DNA from: Armatimonadota bacterium
Lineage (GTDB): Bacteria > Armatimonadota > UBA10988
Assembly: GCA_016235455.1 (NCBI GenBank)
Contig: JACRKZ010000093.1
Coordinates: forward strand, 9,225-73,224
DNA: 64,000 nucleotides
Direction of reading: 5' to 3'
The notes below the pieces were generated by a model, which was given only the letters and a program-made list of their open reading frames with translations, made no database searches and was not told where the DNA came from. This document shows positions 33,577 to 42,502 of the stretch, one piece after another. Positions within the stretch are counted from its first letter, which is position 1. Every line of letters begins with the position of its first letter. The translations under genes were made by a program, and so were the position numbers.

Positions 33577-35101
33577 GGGGTTGCGTCGCCGGCTGCCGGG
33601 TCTGGCGCTGTTCGGCGTGGTGATGTTGTGCTTCGTCTTCGGTACCGTCTTCGCCACGGGCGAGCGCCCCAACCAGGACGAGGGCTGGTACCTGAACGCG
33701 GCACGGCTGGTCATGGCCGGGCACACACCGTATGTCGATTTCGCCTACGTGCAGCCGCCCCTGCTGCCGTATGTCTACGGCCTGCTCGGCGGGCATCACA
33801 CCCTCGAGGCCGGCCGCGCGGTGAGCCTGTTGTTCGGCACGCTGACCGTGCTGCTGGTCGGGTTGGCCGCTTGGCGTGACGGCGCGCTGAGCGGCCTCGT
33901 CGCCGCCAGCCTGCTGGCCTTCTGCCCCTTCGCGCTGTCGCAACAGAGCATCGTCAAGACCTATGCGCTGACCAATGCGCTGACCGCGCTGGCGCTGCTG
34001 CTGGCGCTGCGGGTGCCCGGGCGGCGCGGCCTGGTCGGCGCTTCGCTGGCCTTCGCCCTGGCGGCGTTGACCCGTAACTCCGCCGCGGTGGTGCTGGTGG
34101 CCTGGTGGCTGTGGCTGGCCGTCGACCGTGAGCGGCGGCGCGACCTGCCGCTGGCCGTCGCCGCGTCGTGCGCGCCGCTGGTCCTGGCCTACCTGCCGTT
34201 GGGCCTGATGGACCCCGCGGCGCTGCGCTACAACCTGGTTGGCCACCATGCCGCGCAAAGCGCCGGCGGCGACCTGGGCCAGGTGCTCGTGGCAGCCATT
34301 GTCGTCGTGCGCCAGATGACCGCCGCGGCGCCGGCCATGGCCGCGCTCATCGCGGCTGGGCTGTGGCTGGAGCGGTCCACGGCCGACCGCGGGCCGCTCG
34401 ATCTGGCAGCGCTGCTGTTTGGCCTGCTGGCGGCGGGCCATTTCGTTTCGGCGCATCCCTACCAGGAGTACCAGGTGCTCTGCCTGCCGGCTGGCGCGGT
34501 GCTGGCCGGGCTGTGCTGGGGGCGCATCACCGCGCGTTCGGCTGAGCGCGCCACGCTCCTGGCACTGCTGACGGCGGTGGTCGGACTGGTGCCGTTGCTG
34601 GCCATGGGGCCGACATTGTGGAAGCTGCCCGGTCTGGCCATGCCCGGTGGGATCCACGCTCCGCTACGCAAGGTCGCGGCCATCGTGCGCGCCAATGTGC
34701 CCGCCGGCCAGCCCGTGCTGACCTTCCAGAGCGACGTGGCGGTGGAAGCCGGCCGGCCGCTCACGCCCGGGCTGACGCTCGCCTCGTTCAGTTTCGTCTC
34801 GTCAGACGACGAGGCCCGCCGGCTGCACCTGATGAGCCCCGGCTTGCTCCGCGCCGAACTCGAATCGCGTCGGCCGGCCGCGGTGGTGGTGTCGCCGGGC
34901 GATCTGGCGCGCATCTTCCGCGCGCGCTGGAAGGAAGACCGGTTGGTGCCGGCCGAGGGGCTGGACACCGATGCGCGCCGCCTGTATGAACCCATTGTCG
35001 AGGCGCTGGACACCAACTACCGGCTGGTCGGCAGTGTCGACGGCGTCGGCCAGTTCGGTGAGTCGTTCTGGGTACTGGCGCGGCGAGGAGAAGCACGGTG
35101 A
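33569..35101 (+). CDS. ArnT/PMT-like GT-C glycosyltransferase
   Basis: NQDEGWYL, PY.DF.YVQPPLLPY after the first TM; about 11 TMs. Confidence 0.75.
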   Translation: MSEGLRRRLPGLALFGVVMLCFVFGTVFATGERPNQDEGWYLNAARLVMAGHTPYVDFAYVQPPLLPYVYGLLGGHHTLEAGRAVSLLFGTLTVLLVGLAAWRDGALSGLVAASLLAFCPFALSQQSIVKTYALTNALTALALLLALRVPGRRGLVGASLAFALAALTRNSAAVVLVAWWLWLAVDRERRRDLPLAVAASCAPLVLAYLPLGLMDPAALRYNLVGHHAAQSAGGDLGQVLVAAIVVVRQMTAAAPAMAALIAAGLWLERSTADRGPLDLAALLFGLLAAGHFVSAHPYQEYQVLCLPAGAVLAGLCWGRITARSAERATLLALLTAVVGLVPLLAMGPTLWKLPGLAMPGGIHAPLRKVAAIVRANVPAGQPVLTFQSDVAVEAGRPLTPGLTLASFSFVSSDDEARRLHLMSPGLLRAELESRRPAAVVVSPGDLARIFRARWKEDRLVPAEGLDTDARRLYEPIVEALDTNYRLVGSVDGVGQFGESFWVLARRGEAR

Positions 35102-36186
35102 AGCTGGCGCTGGTCCATGAATGGCTGACCAACATGGCGGGCAGTGAGCGCGTGCTGGGCGCCATGGCCGAGCTGTGGCCCGCCGCGCCGGTCTACACCA
35201 GCGTCTACGCGCCCGAGTCACTGCCGCCTGAGTTCGCGCCCGGCTCCATGGACGTGCGCTGCTCGTGGCTCCAGCAGGTGCCCGGCGCCAACCGCCACTG
35301 GCGCGCGCTGCTGCCGTTCATGCCCAGCGCGTTCGAGAGCTTTGACCTCAGCGGCTACGATACCGTCATCACCAACTGCCATCAGTGCGCCAAGGGCGTG
35401 CTGACCCCGGTGCATACGCGGCACATCTGCTACTGCTACACGCCGATCCGCTATGCCTGGGAGATGCCGCACCGCTATCTGGCCGAGGCCGGGCCGCTCG
35501 CACGCCTGCTGCTGCCGCCCGTGCTGCGGCGGCTGCGCGTCTGGGACTACGTTGCTGCCCAGCGGCCGGACCACTACATCGCCATCTCGCGGTTCGTCGG
35601 TCGGCGCATCGAGAAGCACTACCGCCGCGCCGTGGATGCCGTCATCTACCCGCCGGTGGTCACCGCTGACTACGCGCCGGCAGCCACGCGCGAGGACTTC
35701 TACCTGGTGGTCTCGCGGCTGGTGGGCTACAAGCAGGTCGACCTGGCTGCCGCGGCGTTCACCGAGCTGGGCCTGCCGCTCAAGATCGTCGGCGTCGGCC
35801 CCGATGAGGCGCGCGTGCGCGCCGCCGCCGGGCCGACCGTCGAATTGCTGGGCTGGCGCGACGACGCCGCCGTGCGCGACCTCTACAGCCGCGCGCGCGG
35901 CTTGGTCTTCTGCGGCGTCGAGGATTTCGGTCTGACACCCGTGGAAGCTCAGGCCAGCGGCTGCCCGGTGGTCGCGTTGGGCCGCGGCGGCACGTTGGAG
36001 ACCGTGGTCGAGGACGAAACCGGCCTGTTCTTCGCCGAGCCGACCGTCACCGCGCTGGCCGACGCCGTGCGGCGCTTTGCGGCGCGCGACTGGTCGGTCG
36101 AGGCCTGCCGAGCCAACGCGCGCCGCTTCGATGTCGCGCTGTTCAAGCAGCAGTTGGCCGACTTCGTGGCGGGCACTGCTGGCTGA
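35098..36186 (+). CDS. GT4 family glycosyltransferase
   Basis: LVHEWL...GSERVL, CYCYTPIRYAW, VSRLVGYK, EDFGLTPVEAQASG.PV. Confidence 0.93.
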   Translation: MKLALVHEWLTNMAGSERVLGAMAELWPAAPVYTSVYAPESLPPEFAPGSMDVRCSWLQQVPGANRHWRALLPFMPSAFESFDLSGYDTVITNCHQCAKGVLTPVHTRHICYCYTPIRYAWEMPHRYLAEAGPLARLLLPPVLRRLRVWDYVAAQRPDHYIAISRFVGRRIEKHYRRAVDAVIYPPVVTADYAPAATREDFYLVVSRLVGYKQVDLAAAAFTELGLPLKIVGVGPDEARVRAAAGPTVELLGWRDDAAVRDLYSRARGLVFCGVEDFGLTPVEAQASGCPVVALGRGGTLETVVEDETGLFFAEPTVTALADAVRRFAARDWSVEACRANARRFDVALFKQQLADFVAGTAG

Positions 36187-36194
36187 GCGGGCTG

Positions 36195-37739
36195 CTACTG
36201 CTGCTCCACCCGCGGCAACTCGACATCGGTGATGGCGAACGGCAGGCTGCCGACCTTCGTGCCGGGGTCAATCAGGCCGACCAACATGCGCGGCACCTCC
36301 GCCGAGGCGCTGATGCTGTAGAGCACGCGCGCCACCACGCGCTTGTCGCCGTCGCGGCTCTGCTGCAGGTTGACCTGCGACATCTCCATGCGCCTCCGGC
36401 CAGACTTTGTCTCCAGTACGACCACGGGAACGAGTGGGTGACTGGCCGGGCTGCCCATGCCGCCCATGCCCGGCATGCCCATACCGGGTATTCCGCCAGG
36501 CATGCCACCCGGCATCCCCATACCAGGCATGCCACCCGGCATCCCCATGCCCGGCACGCCACCGGGCATATCCATGCCGGGCGGCGGCCCTTGGGCCAGG
36601 ATGGTCACTCGCGGCTCGTCTTGCGCGGCGGGCACAGCGCCGAGGCCCGGCGGGCCGGGCGGCAGGACGGGGCCCATGCCGCCGCCGGGCATCCCCGGAC
36701 CCATGCCGCCGGGCGGCATGCCCGGGCCCATGCCGCCGCCCGGCATGCCCGGGCCCATGCCGCCGCCCGGCATGCCCGGGCCCATGCCGCCGCGCATGTT
36801 TTGGCCGCGGCCGCCACCGTTGGCCTGCGTGGCGCGGATGAGCTTGGTGAGTGCGTCGGTGAGCGGCATGGAGATGCTGAGTTCGGCTGTCCAGGTCTTG
36901 GGTGTGCCCTCGTATTCGGCACAGTGGACCAACGTCACGTCGATGTCGTGCTCCGACTGTTGCTGGTTGTCCTGAGCCAGGTCGCCGAACTCGAAGATGA
37001 CTTCCTGCGCCTCGGGCAGCACAGCCAGCGTGCCGGTCAGTTCGTCCAAGTGCTGCAGCGGCGCCTTGGGCAACTGGAAATCGAGGCTGAAGCTATCGCG
37101 GTACTGCGCGCCGCGCTGGATGGGCAGGTACTCGAGGCCCTGCGTGGCGCGGACCTTGGCGTCGAGCACGGTGCCGTCGAACTTGGCCCCTCCGGTGAGC
37201 CCAGCGCCGAGCAGCGTCCGCGACGCCAGTTCGCTGTCGGTCTCGAGTTGGAGCATCGTGGTCAGCGCCTGTCGGCCGACCGCCCGGCCGCCGATAGTGA
37301 TGCTACTGGCATCTTCCACGGTGATGTTGGTCAGAGCCACGCGGTAGGCGCCGACTTTGACCGTCGGTCGCTCGGGTTCGTGCTGCTGCGGACCCATGCG
37401 CGAGCCGATCATCAGGCTGGTGCCCATGTTCTGCACCACCAGGCCCTGCTCGCGCAACATGGCCAGCACCGCGCGCAGCGACTGACCTTCGGCCTTCAGG
37501 CTGATCTTGGGGTCGACGCGGTCCAGCAACTCCTCGGGGATCGCATCGATGTTTCCGCCCGGCGCCATGGTGCCGATAGCCACACCCGTCTGCGCGGCCA
37601 GCGCCGAGGCCACCGCACTCAATCGCGTGTCCATCGCGTTGATGGTCACCGGTGGGTCGATGACGCTCAGTGGTGCGGCCGGGGCGGCCGCCGTCATCGC
37701 CAGAGCGGCCAGGGCCGCCGCATACACGCGATTGGTCAT
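36195..37739 (-). CDS. Secreted hypothetical protein, paralog 5 of 5 (STN-like N-domain, GMGPGMPGG repeats)
   Basis: Signal peptide; SVIDPPVTI; ISLKAEGQSLRAVL; FEFGDL..QQQSEHDIDVTLV; LVGLIDPG..LPFAITDVELP. Confidence 0.85.
   Translation of the reverse strand: MTNRVYAAALAALAMTAAAPAAPLSVIDPPVTINAMDTRLSAVASALAAQTGVAIGTMAPGGNIDAIPEELLDRVDPKISLKAEGQSLRAVLAMLREQGLVVQNMGTSLMIGSRMGPQQHEPERPTVKVGAYRVALTNITVEDASSITIGGRAVGRQALTTMLQLETDSELASRTLLGAGLTGGAKFDGTVLDAKVRATQGLEYLPIQRGAQYRDSFSLDFQLPKAPLQHLDELTGTLAVLPEAQEVIFEFGDLAQDNQQQSEHDIDVTLVHCAEYEGTPKTWTAELSISMPLTDALTKLIRATQANGGGRGQNMRGGMGPGMPGGGMGPGMPGGGMGPGMPPGGMGPGMPGGGMGPVLPPGPPGLGAVPAAQDEPRVTILAQGPPPGMDMPGGVPGMGMPGGMPGMGMPGGMPGGIPGMGMPGMGGMGSPASHPLVPVVVLETKSGRRRMEMSQVNLQQSRDGDKRVVARVLYSISASAEVPRMLVGLIDPGTKVGSLPFAITDVELPRVEQQ
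36670..36792 (-). repeat. 27-bp coding tandem repeat (about 4.5 copies) encoding GMPGGGMGP
   Basis: gggcccatgccgccgcccggcatgccc units starting at 36670, 36697, 36724, 36751, 36778. Confidence 0.9.
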
Positions 37740-37741
37740 CC

Positions 37742-39196
37742 TTATCCTCCGTCGGGCGCCTCCTTGCCGGAAGCACCCAGCACTGTCTCGTTTGGCCCCA
37801 GGGGCGCGGGCTCGCCCAGGAACACGTCGCCGAACCGCACCGTCTGGTAGTCCACCGCGCGGCCGAAGTCCACCAGGCCCACACGCAGCTTCGTCGGCTG
37901 CTCACGGATGCCCACGGCGCGGGCCACGTAGCGCAGCGTCAGGCGCGCCGTCGCCGGGTCAAGGCTGATCTCGCGCAGCCCGACCGCCATCGTGCGGCGC
38001 CCATGCTCGCCTTCCAGCAGCACCACCGGCGCCAGGGGGTCGGTGGCTGTGTCGACCCAGGCGCCTACTGGCACCACCCGCCGCCGCGAGCCGTCGTTGG
38101 CGCGGCCCGCGAACGGCATCGGCCACATGCTGACGCTGTCCCATACGGAGTCGACCCCGCCAATGCCGGTTACACCCGGCGAGATGACAGTTTGCGGCAG
38201 GCTTGGCTGATCGGAGTCGATGGGCATCTGCAGCGCGCTCAGTCGCGGCCCGGCCGAGCCGGAGACCGCCACACGCGACAGCAGGTGCTGCAGCGGGCCG
38301 CTCATGGGACGCACCACGGTCAGCATGGCCTCGACCGCTTCCAGCCGGCGGTCATCGACCAGTCTGTGCAGGACTACCGACGCGCCCGGCTGCTCGGCGC
38401 GCTGTTCGGGCATGCCGTACGGATCGAACGTGAACACGCGCTCCTCGGCATCGCGGCACCAGGCCACCAGCAACGTCTGGTAGCCGATGCGGGTCAAGGC
38501 CGCGCCCGACCACGGCACGACATACTCGAGCGTGCCATCGGCGCCCAACGGCTCGAACGGCCGCGTGGGCGGTCCATAGCCCGTGGCCATGACGTCGCCG
38601 ACGCGGAAGACGGACTCCACGCGTGCGCCAAGCAGCGCGCGCGACAGCAACTCCGTCTCGGCCCGCACCCGGTAGCGCAGCCGCGTGACGCGCCGGGTCA
38701 GGCTCTGAGCACCGCTCTCGAGTTCGCGTTCGGTAGTCGTGGCAGCACTGCTGAGCGTGACGCGATAGGGGTAGTCAGCTTCGGCAGCCGGCGCCAGATC
38801 GCCCAGCGTTGCGGCACCGCTGGCCGCTCCGCCGGAGATGGCGATGCTGTCGCCGCGCGGCTCGACATCGTAGCCCTGGCCGGCGAGCAGGTTGAGCACC
38901 GCGCGCAGGCCGACATCCTTGACCGACAATGACAGCCGGGGCACCAGATCGGCATCGCTGCCCTGCGCCGGGCCTGGCCGCCGGGTCCACGGCGAGTCGC
39001 CGCGGCCGACCATGCGGCCAAAGTCGAGCGCATCGGGTACGACCACACCGTAGCCAGTCTGCTCCTGGATCTCGGTCGCTAACCGGGTGAACGGCACCTC
39101 GTCCAGCGTGAAGGTCAGGCGTGGATCGAGCACGCTGTCGGCGGCTGACGCGACCGCCGGCAGCAGGCAGAGAAGTGAGCACAGCCATGTGCGCAT
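37742..39196 (-). CDS. Secreted hypothetical protein, paralog 4 of 5
   Basis: Signal MRTWLCSLLCLLPAVASA; SVLDPRLTF; LSLSVKDVGLRAVL; LAPVVLLE; LRVGLVDFG. Confidence 0.8.
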   Translation of the reverse strand: MRTWLCSLLCLLPAVASAADSVLDPRLTFTLDEVPFTRLATEIQEQTGYGVVVPDALDFGRMVGRGDSPWTRRPGPAQGSDADLVPRLSLSVKDVGLRAVLNLLAGQGYDVEPRGDSIAISGGAASGAATLGDLAPAAEADYPYRVTLSSAATTTERELESGAQSLTRRVTRLRYRVRAETELLSRALLGARVESVFRVGDVMATGYGPPTRPFEPLGADGTLEYVVPWSGAALTRIGYQTLLVAWCRDAEERVFTFDPYGMPEQRAEQPGASVVLHRLVDDRRLEAVEAMLTVVRPMSGPLQHLLSRVAVSGSAGPRLSALQMPIDSDQPSLPQTVISPGVTGIGGVDSVWDSVSMWPMPFAGRANDGSRRRVVPVGAWVDTATDPLAPVVLLEGEHGRRTMAVGLREISLDPATARLTLRYVARAVGIREQPTKLRVGLVDFGRAVDYQTVRFGDVFLGEPAPLGPNETVLGASGKEAPDGG

Positions 39197-39303
39197 GGGC
39201 ACCCCCGGATCGTGGCACGGTCGGGCCGCGGCGCGGGTGCCGAGGCTCACCGAGGGTCACCCATTCGACAGCCGACCTGATCCTCCTCTGTGTCGACGAC
39301 CGG

Positions 39304-40863
39304 CTAGCGCGCGTCGGCCGCCGGCAGGTCCACGGCCGTGAACGCGAAGCCGACATTGCTCGTGCGCTGGCCGTAGTCCACCAGCCCGATGAGGAGGCGC
39401 TGCACCGGCTCGGCCGGCGCGGGGCCCTGGGCGGTGCAAGTCACGACGATGCGGTCGCCCGGAGCGGCGGCGCCTGGCGCGCCACCGCCGCCGCGGCTCT
39501 GCTGGCGCAGCACCAGCGGATAGCGGCCCTTGGCGGTCTCCATCACGATCATCGGCGCCAGGCCGTTGATCAGACCGGATCCGACGAGGACCGAGTCGAA
39601 CGCCGGCTGGACCAGGCCGCCGCCGGGCAGCCCGAGCACTGGCGGGTTGGCCGGCATGATCTGCACGCCGACGGGCGGCGGCGGCGGCGCGTCTGCTGGC
39701 GGGCCTTCGACCTGCCTCATCACGCCGTTCGGGTCCATCTCGAACCGCTGCGTGACGCCGTTGCGCGTAATGGTCACGTTGCCCTGGCGCTGGACCTGCA
39801 CGTTCGGCTGCGGCTGGCCCAACCCGCCGGGCAGGCCCGGCACGGCGACCGCCGGCGGGATGGCCGCCGGCGGCCCGATCTGGAGTTGGATAGGCGCATC
39901 GTGCAGCCGGAACGCCTCGGGACCCGCCATCCCGCCCATGCCCAGCCCGCGCATCGGTCGCCCCTGTTGCTCATTGGCCTCGGTCTTGGGGTAGGAGACG
40001 GTGACCTGGGCCTCGACGGGCAGTGGCTGGCCGACGGGGCTGAAGCCGCCTTGGGTCTGGCCGAAGCGCACCAGCGTGACGTCGATGTCTCCCTCGGTCT
40101 GTTGCTGGCCGGTCTTGTCCAGGTCGCCGAACTCGAGCGCGACCTCCTTGGCGTCGGGGTAGACGCGTAGCGAGCCGGTCAGCGAGTCGATGGTCGACAC
40201 GGGCTTGATGGGCAGCGCGAAGATCAGGCTCAGGTTGTCGGTCAGCCCCACGCCCGGCAGCGGCAGCCAGCCGGTCTGGGTGCGGGGTGCCTGCGCGGCG
40301 AGTTCTGCGCCGTCCAGCTTGAGCTGGTAGTCGGCGCCATAGCCGATCAGCGCGCGACTGGCGACCTCCGTGTCGCAGTCCAGCGTCAGCTCGACGCGCG
40401 TCTGGCGGCGTGACGGCATGGGGCCACCGAAGCGGCGGTACTCGACGTTCTCGGTGGTCAGGCTCTGGAGCTGCACGCGGTACGCGCCGACCTTGGCTTC
40501 CGGCCGTGGCTCCGCGGCTCGGGCGTTGGGCACACCGATGACCTGCACCTGCCCACCGACCATCTGCACCGTAACGCCCAGGGCCGTCAGTCGGCGCAGC
40601 ACCTGCCGCAACGTCTCGTCCTTGACCGACAGGGAGACGTTGGGGTCGAGCCGGCGCCGATGCTCCTCGGGCATGTTGCCCCATTGGACGCGGGCCATCG
40701 GCGAGGCGACCCCCACACCCGACCCGCGCGACAGCGTGTCGAGCACCTGGCTGAACGGGACTTCGCGCAGGTCGAAGGTGAGACGCGGATCGAGTACGCT
40801 GAGCGGCGCCGCGTGCGCGCGCAGAGCAATCCCCAAAAGGCAGAGGGCCAGGCAACGTCCCAT
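39304..40863 (-). CDS. Secreted hypothetical protein, paralog 3 of 5
   Basis: Signal; SVLDPRLTF; VSLSVKDETLRQVL; LEFGDL..QQQTEGDIDVTLV; LLIGLVDYG..VGFAFTAVDLP. Confidence 0.85.
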   Translation of the reverse strand: MGRCLALCLLGIALRAHAAPLSVLDPRLTFDLREVPFSQVLDTLSRGSGVGVASPMARVQWGNMPEEHRRRLDPNVSLSVKDETLRQVLRRLTALGVTVQMVGGQVQVIGVPNARAAEPRPEAKVGAYRVQLQSLTTENVEYRRFGGPMPSRRQTRVELTLDCDTEVASRALIGYGADYQLKLDGAELAAQAPRTQTGWLPLPGVGLTDNLSLIFALPIKPVSTIDSLTGSLRVYPDAKEVALEFGDLDKTGQQQTEGDIDVTLVRFGQTQGGFSPVGQPLPVEAQVTVSYPKTEANEQQGRPMRGLGMGGMAGPEAFRLHDAPIQLQIGPPAAIPPAVAVPGLPGGLGQPQPNVQVQRQGNVTITRNGVTQRFEMDPNGVMRQVEGPPADAPPPPPVGVQIMPANPPVLGLPGGGLVQPAFDSVLVGSGLINGLAPMIVMETAKGRYPLVLRQQSRGGGGAPGAAAPGDRIVVTCTAQGPAPAEPVQRLLIGLVDYGQRTSNVGFAFTAVDLPAADAR

Positions 40864-40930
40864 GGATGACTCCCGGTGACCGTTGCACTGGCCCTCTGTC
40901 GAGAGCCGGCTCTCTTGCGAGAGCCAGGCG

Positions 40931-42502
40931 CTACTGGAGCGGTACGTTCGGCAGAGCGAACGGCACGTTGGCCGTCTTGTCGCCCGGGTCGATCACACCG
41001 ACCAGAACGGACTTCGCCTCGGCGGCGGCACCCGTCAGCGGCACGCGCATGGTCACTGTGAGAGTGTTACCCGCGAACCGCACCGTGCGTTCACACGACT
41101 TGGGGTCGATGCCGATGCGCTTGCCCGGCGCCGTCTCCACGGCCACGGCCTGCAGCAGCCAGCGCGCCACGGCCGCCATGTCCAGCCGCACCGGCTGGTC
41201 GCCGATGAAGGCCATGCCGTCGGCGCCAAAGCCGCCACGACCACCGAAGCCACCAAAGCCACCGAACCCGCCGGGCCCGCCGCCACCACCTTGGCGACCT
41301 TGCCGGCCGGGGTCAGGCTGACCGGGTTGGCCAGGCTGACCGGGCTGACCGGGCGCCTGGGCGAACTGCACGCCGCCGTCGGCCGGCGTGGCCAGCGCGA
41401 ACCGCAGGCCCGGCTCAGCCTGAGCCTGACCGCCAGCGGCCGGGGCTCGTCCCGGGGCACCGGGCGCACCCGGCGCGGCACCGGGCGCGCCCGGGCCGCC
41501 ACCAGGACCGCCAGGACCACCTGGGCCACCACCGCGACCGCCGCCGAAGCCGCCGCCACCGAACATGCCGGCACCGGTCTCGATGCGCAGCGGGCCGTTG
41601 GCATTGGCGAACACGCCGGACAGACGCTGGGCCATCTCAGGACCGAGCGTGCGCTTGAGCGTCAGGTTGACCGTCTTCACGTTGCCGGCGGTCTGCACGC
41701 CAACCAAGGTCATGTCGATGCCGGCATCCGTCTGCGTCTGGTTGGCCGCGGCCAGATCGTCGAAGACGAAGCTGCGCTCGACGCAGTCGGTCAGGACGAT
41801 GAGCTGGCCACTGACCGCGTAGGAGGTCAGGGGTGTGGTCGGCAACTGGTAGGCCAGATCGAACAGGCCGTTGCGCGGCGCGATGGGCTGCGGCGTGTTA
41901 TTACCGCCACGGCCGAAGCCGCGCTGGCGCATCTCCGCCGGCTGCCCGTTGATGGCCGACTGCACGGTACCATCGATGCCCATGACCGCCAGCAGCGCCG
42001 AGGGCGAGGTGGGGGCCACGGCCAACTCGAAGGTCAGGCCGGAGAACGAGTTCGGGTCATTGGGGCCGAACCCGGTGGTCAGCATGTTCACCGCGCGGTA
42101 GTTGTTGAGCACCAGCGCCCACTTGTCGGCCTTGGCCACGGGCCGCGTATCGACCAGCGGCGCATTGGCCGGCGCCGCCACGGTCGACGGCGTGAGCTCC
42201 CAGGACATCTTCGCCGCCTGGTAGCTGAGCGTGCCGCCGACCTGCACGGCCAGCGCCGCCAGCACCTGCGACAGCGGGTTGCCCGCCGCGATGATGGTCA
42301 CGGTCGTCGTGGCCGGCTTGGCGTCGGCCGGCAGTTCGACCTTCACGCCGCCCGCGGCCGACAACTGCGTCAGTGCCTCGGCTAGCGCGACGCCCTTGAG
42401 ATCCAGCGTGATCGGCGGGTCGTAGACCGAAGTGGCGGCCGCCCACAGCGGGCTCGTCGCCAGCGCCAACACGCACACCAGTGTGAAGAGCTTGCGCGTC
42501 AT
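40931..42502 (-). CDS. Secreted hypothetical protein, paralog 2 of 5 (GGP/GAP/GQP/GGF repeats)
   Basis: Signal; SVYDPPITL; FVFDDL..NQTQTDAGIDMTLV; VLVGVIDPG..VPFALPNVPL; ATGA overlap with the upstream paralog. Confidence 0.85.
   Translation of the reverse strand: MTRKLFTLVCVLALATSPLWAAATSVYDPPITLDLKGVALAEALTQLSAAGGVKVELPADAKPATTTVTIIAAGNPLSQVLAALAVQVGGTLSYQAAKMSWELTPSTVAAPANAPLVDTRPVAKADKWALVLNNYRAVNMLTTGFGPNDPNSFSGLTFELAVAPTSPSALLAVMGIDGTVQSAINGQPAEMRQRGFGRGGNNTPQPIAPRNGLFDLAYQLPTTPLTSYAVSGQLIVLTDCVERSFVFDDLAAANQTQTDAGIDMTLVGVQTAGNVKTVNLTLKRTLGPEMAQRLSGVFANANGPLRIETGAGMFGGGGFGGGRGGGPGGPGGPGGGPGAPGAAPGAPGAPGRAPAAGGQAQAEPGLRFALATPADGGVQFAQAPGQPGQPGQPGQPDPGRQGRQGGGGGPGGFGGFGGFGGRGGFGADGMAFIGDQPVRLDMAAVARWLLQAVAVETAPGKRIGIDPKSCERTVRFAGNTLTVTMRVPLTGAAAEAKSVLVGVIDPGDKTANVPFALPNVPLQ

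Noticed and set aside
36670-36792. 27-bp repeats as a CRISPR array
   Set aside because: No spacers, in-frame coding repeats, and no cas genes
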